IMG/VR virus record: IMGVR_UViG_3300046058_000006
From: an uncultured virus (IMG/VR IMGVR_UViG_3300046058_000006)
Taxonomy: Duplodnaviria; Heunggongvirae; Uroviricota; Caudoviricetes
DNA: 20,000 nt
Direction: 5' to 3' (one strand)
The notes under the pieces are model-generated. The model ran no database searches and was not told where the DNA came from. It was given only the letters and a program-made list of their open reading frames with translations. The position numbers and the translations under genes were made by a program. Below, one piece after another: positions 14,330-20,000 of this stretch (its first letter is position 1; the number at the start of each line of letters is the position of its first letter).

Positions 14330-16972
14330 TTACGCGAACGCCAGCAGTTCGGCCTGATTCGTCGCGTTCGGATTTAGATTAACCTGTTCGATCGCCTTCG
14401 TAAAGTAGTTTTGCCATATGTATGACCGGCTTTCCGGGGTAAAAGAAAAGGTGTCAACGCCCGCGCCAGGCACTTCTTGCGCCGCGCCATAGTCGGTATC
14501 TATTTCACCGTCCTTGTAGGCGCGCCAGGGTAGGGGTTCGTCCCGGTAGACCGGATGGATCACGCTTTCGCGCCCTGTATCGAACTTGATATAAGGCACT
14601 TTGTCACCGCGTCCAAGCTTCGCGCCGTCGATGTACCCGGCTTCGACCGCCGCGTTATACATCTTCGCGGCCCTGGCGTGCGCCGTATGGTTCGAATACG
14701 TATCACAGTTACATTCGTCGCGGTCACACACGCATGACAGCCGTTTTCGAAGCGACGCACGCTTTACCAGGTCGCCGTCGCGGTCGCCGTCTAACACGGC
14801 GTCGCGTTCGTCTAAGATAATCGGCGCGGTCGGTTCATCTTCTAACAGCGCTTCGACCAAGCGCGCTTGTAGGTTTGACGCGCCCTTCAGCGTGTCCGAC
14901 TTTTTGCACTTCAAGCCTACGACCTTGTGTTCGTCCGTCGCCTTTCCATCTTCCCAAACTTTCTTTACTGCATACGACTTTTTCTTGTCGGTCTGAATGA
15001 ACCGCGACGCGACATAATCCACGTCCAATTCTATGAACGATTCATCGCCGTTCATTTTAAACCCGACAAGGTGTTTGATGTGTCGATTCAGGCTGTCTAC
15101 AACAGCTTCCGCCGCGTCAGCCGCAACCTTGGCGCTGTCGTAGTCGTCCTTCAGGCTGATAAAGACGCTATCAGTGTCGCCGCCGATCACTTGGTCTACA
15201 GCGTCTATTTCGTTTTCTACGAACCGCCGGCTTTCGCGGATTAGGTACTGGCCGGTTTCGGTAATGTGTTCGGACATACCAGGGACGTAATAGCGGTGCA
15301 ATGGCGACGCGACCACGCCGAACGACGAATTATACAGGGACTTAATACCCATATACATAGCCGCCGCGACTTTCTTTTCAGGCGTGCCGTTTTCCGCCGC
15401 GTTCCGGCGATCTTTAAATTCTTGCGCCAAATCTTCCAAGTCCGACGTAGCATCGGCCAGGATGCCCCGCTCGTAATCTGGATGCAAGAATCCGCCGCGC
15501 GCGTCGCCGTCCTTTTCAGGGTCGAAGCGGCTGTTAACACCTTCGATAAACGGCTGTTCCGTGTTCGCCCAATAGTCGCCAGGTCCGTCAGCCGTCTTGT
15601 TAACGTCTAACAGCTTCGGTTTCGTTATGATTTCCCGGTCGTCCAAGTAGTCGCCGACTTCTTTTTTCAGACCTTCGTAGCCGTCCGTATCAACCCAAGT
15701 GTTTTCGCCCATGTTTAGCGCCTGAATGATGCTTGGATACATCGAACTGAAGTCAGCGACGAATACCCATTCGTGCGTTCCCGGCGTCGTTTCGAACACG
15801 TAGCCGCCCGGAAATTCGCCAGTGTCCCGGTAGCGCCCGCGATCGGGGAACACGTAGCCCTGTTCGTTCGCGCGCCGTAAGATCACACCGTCAACGGCCT
15901 TTCCGACCGCGACGCGCGGGTAGCCGTTGCTGTCGTAGGTGATCGTAGACATTCGCGTATGCCCCTGTTTGCACACACGCGCGGTCGTTTCGACAAGTAG
16001 GTACTGTTCCGAAATGCGGCGCGTTAAATCCGCGTCCTGTAGGTTGTAGGACTTCAGGCGTTCCGGGTCGTTATTCCACCATTCGCGTAGTTGCTTGTAC
16101 GATTCGCTTTCGTCCATATCCTTCGAATCGCCTAATTCGTGTTCGGCGACCGAATCCAGGCCATAGCTGTCTAATTGGTCGCGCTTGAACGACCGGAACA
16201 GGCCCATGGCGTCGAAATGGATCAAGCCAAATTCCGGCCAGGTAAAGCCCGAAACGCGGTCACTTTCTTCAAGCCGGTTTTTCAGGTACGGCAGATCGAA
16301 CGATTCGCTATTCCACCCGACAAGCACAAAGTAGTTTTCCAACAGACCGCCGTCGGAACGATCGGCCGGGTTCCCTATCAGTTCGGTGTAGATTTCCTGT
16401 TCCGTGCCAGTGATGAAAAATTCGTTGCCTTCGCCGTCAACCGCCGCGAAGGAAAGGATTTGCGCGTCCGCGTCGTCCGGTTCGGGGAACCCATCGGCCG
16501 GGTCTACTTCTATGTCAAAGTATAGCACGTCGCCCGGATCGGGCGTATCCAGTTCAAGCAGGTCCGGGCGATCGATTAAGACGCGCCTGGCATAAGGCAC
16601 GTCAGCCTGGTAGGTTTCCGGCACTATGTCAGCGTCGCTTTGCGGCATATCGGCCAGGTCGTCCCGAAGGTCGTCCAATTCGTTGCGAAAGCTACCGATC
16701 GTTCCGGGCGCTTCGGCTTCTACTTTCACGAAACCGTCCGGCGCATTATCGTAGTCCGGGTTCGTCCAAGCTTCCCACAGTTCGGTCTTAGACGTATCCA
16801 GTTCGCCCCATGGAATGTTATCAAAGTCGCCGACTTCCATGTAGAAGTACGGGTTGAACGGGGCTTTGAACTGTTTTCGGACTTTTTCGCCGTTTTCTTT
16901 CATTAACAGCTCAACGTACAACGGATCGTCCGTATTGTCGAACCCATATTGCAGGTCGTACACGCGGGACAT
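14330..16972 (-). CDS. polB: Family B DNA polymerase with 3'-5' exonuclease
   Basis: ExoI FDIE, ExoII WNSESFD, ExoIII YNLQD; polymerase motifs DFSSMYPS, KSLYNSSFG, GDTDS, KKKSY. Confidence 0.96.
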   Translation of the reverse strand: MSRVYDLQYGFDNTDDPLYVELLMKENGEKVRKQFKAPFNPYFYMEVGDFDNIPWGELDTSKTELWEAWTNPDYDNAPDGFVKVEAEAPGTIGSFRNELDDLRDDLADMPQSDADIVPETYQADVPYARRVLIDRPDLLELDTPDPGDVLYFDIEVDPADGFPEPDDADAQILSFAAVDGEGNEFFITGTEQEIYTELIGNPADRSDGGLLENYFVLVGWNSESFDLPYLKNRLEESDRVSGFTWPEFGLIHFDAMGLFRSFKRDQLDSYGLDSVAEHELGDSKDMDESESYKQLREWWNNDPERLKSYNLQDADLTRRISEQYLLVETTARVCKQGHTRMSTITYDSNGYPRVAVGKAVDGVILRRANEQGYVFPDRGRYRDTGEFPGGYVFETTPGTHEWVFVADFSSMYPSIIQALNMGENTWVDTDGYEGLKKEVGDYLDDREIITKPKLLDVNKTADGPGDYWANTEQPFIEGVNSRFDPEKDGDARGGFLHPDYERGILADATSDLEDLAQEFKDRRNAAENGTPEKKVAAAMYMGIKSLYNSSFGVVASPLHRYYVPGMSEHITETGQYLIRESRRFVENEIDAVDQVIGGDTDSVFISLKDDYDSAKVAADAAEAVVDSLNRHIKHLVGFKMNGDESFIELDVDYVASRFIQTDKKKSYAVKKVWEDGKATDEHKVVGLKCKKSDTLKGASNLQARLVEALLEDEPTAPIILDERDAVLDGDRDGDLVKRASLRKRLSCVCDRDECNCDTYSNHTAHARAAKMYNAAVEAGYIDGAKLGRGDKVPYIKFDTGRESVIHPVYRDEPLPWRAYKDGEIDTDYGAAQEVPGAGVDTFSFTPESRSYIWQNYFTKAIEQVNLNPNATNQAELLAFA

Positions 16973-17029
16973 TACAGCCCGGCGCTTTGCCCCCCAAAGA
17001 CTAAAGCGTTGCGTACCGCATTAGTAGAC

Positions 17030-17362
17030 GTGACTAACGAAACAGCGATCTTGGACGAAGCAAAGCAAATCGTTAACGAACGCGAAAGCACGAACGGGCC
17101 GGCGATCCAAAGCATGACTACGATTCGCCAACTGTGGAATGTCTACCTTGGCGAAGCGTATCCCGACATTACGACGCGCCAAGCGGCGGTCATGCTGGCC
17201 CTGCTGAAAGTCGGCCGGCACACGCATGGGGATAACGGCATAGACGACGCGCGCGACATTGCCGGGTACGCAGAACTGGCCGCGCGGGTCGAAGAAGAAG
17301 GCGATCACACCTGTTGCGACTGCTGTATCAACGACGAAACGGGGCCGGTTAACAAGTTTTAG
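17030..17362 (+). CDS. DUF6378-like phage protein (possible MazG-like fold)
   Basis: ILDEAKQIVNER..G, IRQLWNVYL, MLALLKVGR and DDARDIAGYA match the DUF6378 pattern as I recall it. Start reassigned to the GTG at 17030. Confidence 0.7.
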   Translation: MTNETAILDEAKQIVNERESTNGPAIQSMTTIRQLWNVYLGEAYPDITTRQAAVMLALLKVGRHTHGDNGIDDARDIAGYAELAARVEEEGDHTCCDCCINDETGPVNKF

Positions 17363-18237
17363 TCGTCGTCCCAAACGCTACCGCCGACCTTTTTACATTC
17401 GTCTACGAACGGACAGAACCGCATACAGTTGTCCGGGTCTATGGGGTCGGTCGCCGGAATGGTATCTTCTTGGCGGTTGTTATAGTGCAGGTACGCACGC
17501 TGTACGATTTCAAGCCAAACCTTAGCTTCTTGCGGCACGCGATAGCGCCTTTCATCCAGTTCGTTCCGGGTAATGTAGGTCAATTCACCCGGCGCGTCGA
17601 ACGCCTGCTGATAGGTCGCTAACTGGTATTGATGCTTCGGCCTGAAACCACGCTTGTTAAAGCGATCAAGCCAGTCTAATTTCTTGATCGTTTTGGTTTC
17701 AATTACCCGATCGATTGACCCATCATATTCCGACCATTCGCGGACAGTATCGATCGATGGGTAGCCTTCGATTTCTTCGTTGTAAGACGACTTAGCGTAC
17801 CGCTGTCCGTCCTGGCCGTCGAACACGTAAGCAACATGGCCGCGACCTGGCGCGTCAACGTTGAACACTACCCAATCCGATTCGCCTACGATCCGAAGGT
17901 AGCCATTCGGCGCGTCGTCCGCCGGCAGAAAGATCGTACAACCCACGTCCTGCCGAACGCGCTTGTCGCCAAATTCTTCGCGTAGTGCGTCGCCATACCT
18001 ATCTTCTATGTCATTCCCCAAGGGAAAATATGGCGACGCTTGGGGTTCTTTCCCGTTCTTGTGCGCCCAATATTCTTTCCGCTGGCACTTGGCAACATGG
18101 GACGCATGAACGTCGGTATCAACCGCTTTATGGCGACCTGGATCATGGCGGTCAACGTATTCGGCTTCAAGCCATTTCGGGATTAGTGGATCAAGCCGTC
18201 GAAAAGAGCCAGTATCTTCCGCCGCCGTCAATTCCAT
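17359..18237 (-). CDS. Cas4-like PD-(D/E)XK exonuclease
   Basis: HASHVAKCQRK, GESD, IETKT, QLATY and C-terminal CMRFCPFVDEC (1+3 Cys Fe-S arrangement). Confidence 0.85.
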   Translation of the reverse strand: MELTAAEDTGSFRRLDPLIPKWLEAEYVDRHDPGRHKAVDTDVHASHVAKCQRKEYWAHKNGKEPQASPYFPLGNDIEDRYGDALREEFGDKRVRQDVGCTIFLPADDAPNGYLRIVGESDWVVFNVDAPGRGHVAYVFDGQDGQRYAKSSYNEEIEGYPSIDTVREWSEYDGSIDRVIETKTIKKLDWLDRFNKRGFRPKHQYQLATYQQAFDAPGELTYITRNELDERRYRVPQEAKVWLEIVQRAYLHYNNRQEDTIPATDPIDPDNCMRFCPFVDECKKVGGSVWDDD

Positions 18238-18259
18238 ACGTTAACCTGTGCGCGGTCGG

Positions 18260-18508
18260 TTAAATAAGTGTCGCCAGGTAGATACTGAAAGCGCCGAACA
18301 GCACAGCGACGACCGCCGCGACATACGGCACACCGAACAGCAGTAAGATAGCTTTCGTTATGCTAATCTTTCCCGCCAGTTTATGCCAAGACCACCTGAA
18401 ATCGCGCTTGATGCTAACCAGGCCATGAACATAGCCGGCGAAAACCGTCAACTGCGTCAGTCCATACGCGACCGCGACGCTGGCCCACAGGGTATCAATC
18501 GCTTCCAT
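18260..18508 (-). CDS. Small 2-TM membrane protein
   Basis: Start reassigned to MEAID; TTATTTA box about 29 nt upstream. Probable paralog of the adjacent gene. Confidence 0.7.
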   Translation of the reverse strand: MEAIDTLWASVAVAYGLTQLTVFAGYVHGLVSIKRDFRWSWHKLAGKISITKAILLLFGVPYVAAVVAVLFGAFSIYLATLI

Positions 18509-18530
18509 ACTTTGCACTACAGCCGCGCGG

Positions 18531-18776
18531 CTAAATAATTGACGCAAACCACAGCACGCCTACAACGAACAGCGCCGCAGTAGTCGCGCCCCAAGCCGGC
18601 ATTACAATCGCGTCGAAAGCGATTTGCGGCGTTTTGACCTGTGCGAACGCTTCGCCCCACGTTAGGTTTCGCTTTCGCTTAACGCTAATTACCGACCACG
18701 AACACATGATAAAAACCATTAACAGAACGATCGGGTACGCCAGTGCGAACGCTAACCAAACCAAGCGCCATTCCAT
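18531..18776 (-). CDS. Small 2-TM membrane protein
   Basis: Start reassigned to MEWRL, 29 nt after TATAAA. Basic loop SVKRKRNLTW. Confidence 0.7.
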   Translation of the reverse strand: MEWRLVWLAFALAYPIVLLMVFIMCSWSVISVKRKRNLTWGEAFAQVKTPQIAFDAIVMPAWGATTAALFVVGVLWFASII

Positions 18777-18795
18777 ATTCCGCATACGGCAGGCG

Positions 18796-18810
18796 TGATT
18801 TTATATTTTT
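18796..18810. promoter_or_regulatory. Bidirectional TATA element
   Basis: GATTTTATATTTTT lies about 28-30 nt from both divergent ATGs (18776 minus, 18830 plus). Confidence 0.55.
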
Positions 18811-18829
18811 CCGTCGGTATTATATTCGT

Positions 18830-19186
18830 ATGGGAATGGTAACGGACCCGCCCGACCGGATTTCCGTGCGTAGGCTTACCAAAGCATACGCGGCGAATGA
18901 CATTTCTACTGAAGAACTAATGCGAACACTTCAGGAAAGCTATTCGTTTCACGAACAGATAGAAGTGATTAGCAGTCCGAAGGCAGGCGTGCTTACCATT
19001 TCCTATAACCCGGATGCACACCCGCGCTTGCACAAGAAGCTGAAAGCCGCCGGATGGGAAACCGACGGCATAGTAATAGACGCTTATCAGACGACCGAAT
19101 CCGTCGAACGGACACAGCCAGGCCGCGTCGCTACCTACAGGCTTGGTAACAAGTCAAGTAACCGCATGACTATCTTTCGCGGTTGA
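18830..19186 (+). CDS. Hypothetical protein (118 aa)
   Basis: Start reassigned to MGMVT to fit the TATA spacing. Confidence 0.6.
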   Translation: MGMVTDPPDRISVRRLTKAYAANDISTEELMRTLQESYSFHEQIEVISSPKAGVLTISYNPDAHPRLHKKLKAAGWETDGIVIDAYQTTESVERTQPGRVATYRLGNKSSNRMTIFRG

Positions 19187-19188
19187 TT

Positions 19189-19371
19189 TCAGCCGGTCAA
19201 GCTGGCAATGCCGCTAACGACCGCCATGAACAGCAGGTATGCAACCGTCAACTGAAGCACGGTAGCGGCGGCTGTATAAGAAATCATAAAGCCAGCAGTA
19301 AACCAGGCCGCGACTGCTAAAAGCGCAAAAATAGACATTACTATAACCAAAGCTAACGCGCCGTTATCCAT
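19189..19371 (-). CDS. Small 2-TM membrane protein
   Basis: Almost wholly hydrophobic 60 aa; TTTTTTA box about 28 nt upstream. Confidence 0.7.
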   Translation of the reverse strand: MDNGALALVIVMSIFALLAVAAWFTAGFMISYTAAATVLQLTVAYLLFMAVVSGIASLTG

Positions 19372-19414
19372 ACGGTTACTTTTGCCGCGCCCGCGTAAAA
19401 AAGTGCGGTCTAAG

Positions 19415-19816
19415 CTACTGGCCGCGGGTCGCTTCTTGTCGCGCCCGTCGCGCTTGCCAACTGGCCGTTTCCGTATCCTGTCGCGCTTCGCGGATTTCTT
19501 CTTCGACTTCCGGCGGTCCGTCGTATTCGCCCCACAACGCGCCGGCTTCGGCTTCGGCCAATTCCAAGAACGCCATTAGCACGTCCGCGCGGTGAATCCC
19601 TGCCGTTTGGACAAAGATACCGCCTTCAGCGTCGCGTTCCTGTACGATCGCTTCGAACGTATCGAAGCCCCCAGGCGGTTCGGCGTAGACGGTTTCGCCG
19701 TCTACGTTTTCGCGCATGGTCTTGACCGCCTTCTTAACACGCCGCGCCAGTTCCGCACGCGGATCGTCCGCACGTTCTAACGCCGCGCGTAGTTCCGGCT
19801 GTACGGTTCCGGTCAT
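19415..19816 (-). CDS. Hypothetical protein
   Basis: Acidic 133-aa ORF with an ATGA overlap to the upstream partial gene. Confidence 0.7.
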   Translation of the reverse strand: MTGTVQPELRAALERADDPRAELARRVKKAVKTMRENVDGETVYAEPPGGFDTFEAIVQERDAEGGIFVQTAGIHRADVLMAFLELAEAEAGALWGEYDGPPEVEEEIREARQDTETASWQARRARQEATRGQ

Positions 19817-20000
19817 GCTTCGATCACAGTGCCGTTTTCTTCCCGAAGGCCAGCTTCAAACAGCACATCGTCCAAGTCAGCGGGTTCGTCCGCCATTTGG
19901 TCTACGAACGCCGCCAGTTCCGACCGTTCGACTACGCCCCCGTCTTGGCTTTGGACGTAAACGCGCGCCGCTTCAGCGCCCGCTGAAAGGTCGCCAGTGT
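19813..20000 (-). CDS. 3' end of a gene running off the window (acidic, possible winged-helix C-terminus)
   Basis: Open frame TGDLSAGAEAARVYVQSQDGGVVERSELAAFVDQMADEPADLDDVLFEAGLREENGTVIEA*. Confidence 0.65.
   Translation of the reverse strand, partial: TGDLSAGAEAARVYVQSQDGGVVERSELAAFVDQMADEPADLDDVLFEAGLREENGTVIEA

Noticed and set aside
14330..16972. Inteins in PolB (also checked TerL and the helicase)
   Set aside because: Lengths are normal, motifs are uninterrupted, and no intein splice-junction signatures are present.
17359..18237. Part of a CRISPR-Cas locus
   Set aside because: Stand-alone Cas4-like nucleases are common in archaeal viruses, and there is no cas1/cas2 or array here.
33..19780. 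Most plus-strand and nested ORFs in the supplied track
   Set aside because: They are antisense or alternate-frame shadows of well-supported genes, with Ser/Arg-rich composition typical of GC-rich DNA.

Overview
This window reads as part of a haloarchaeal tailed virus or provirus genome (Caudoviricetes): the proteins are acidic, archaeal TATA boxes lie about 28-30 nt before many start codons (leaderless genes), and ATGA gene overlaps are common. Most genes are on the minus strand. In transcription order they are: a Cas4-like nuclease, a family-B DNA polymerase, an ERCC4/XPF nuclease, an SF2 helicase, an AbrB-like gene followed by six coupled two-TM membrane microproteins, a Nal1/trypsin-like protease fused to a PD-(D/E)XK-like domain, TerS, TerL, an inserted nuclease island, portal, small Zn-finger genes and a Mu gpF/SPP1 gp7 head protein. 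The most unusual observations: (1) a non-coding tandem array at ~2095-2705 of 3-4 units, each a promoter, a 5' hairpin, a structured body and a terminal hairpin, suggesting a cassette of unannotated viral small RNAs; (2) near-total, strand- and frame-independent avoidance of GAG/CTC; (3) the protease-nuclease fusion next to TerS; (4) the paralogous membrane-microprotein array; (5) a second large structured element upstream of portal that shares a motif with the RNA array. All counts and structures were read by eye and need computational confirmation.
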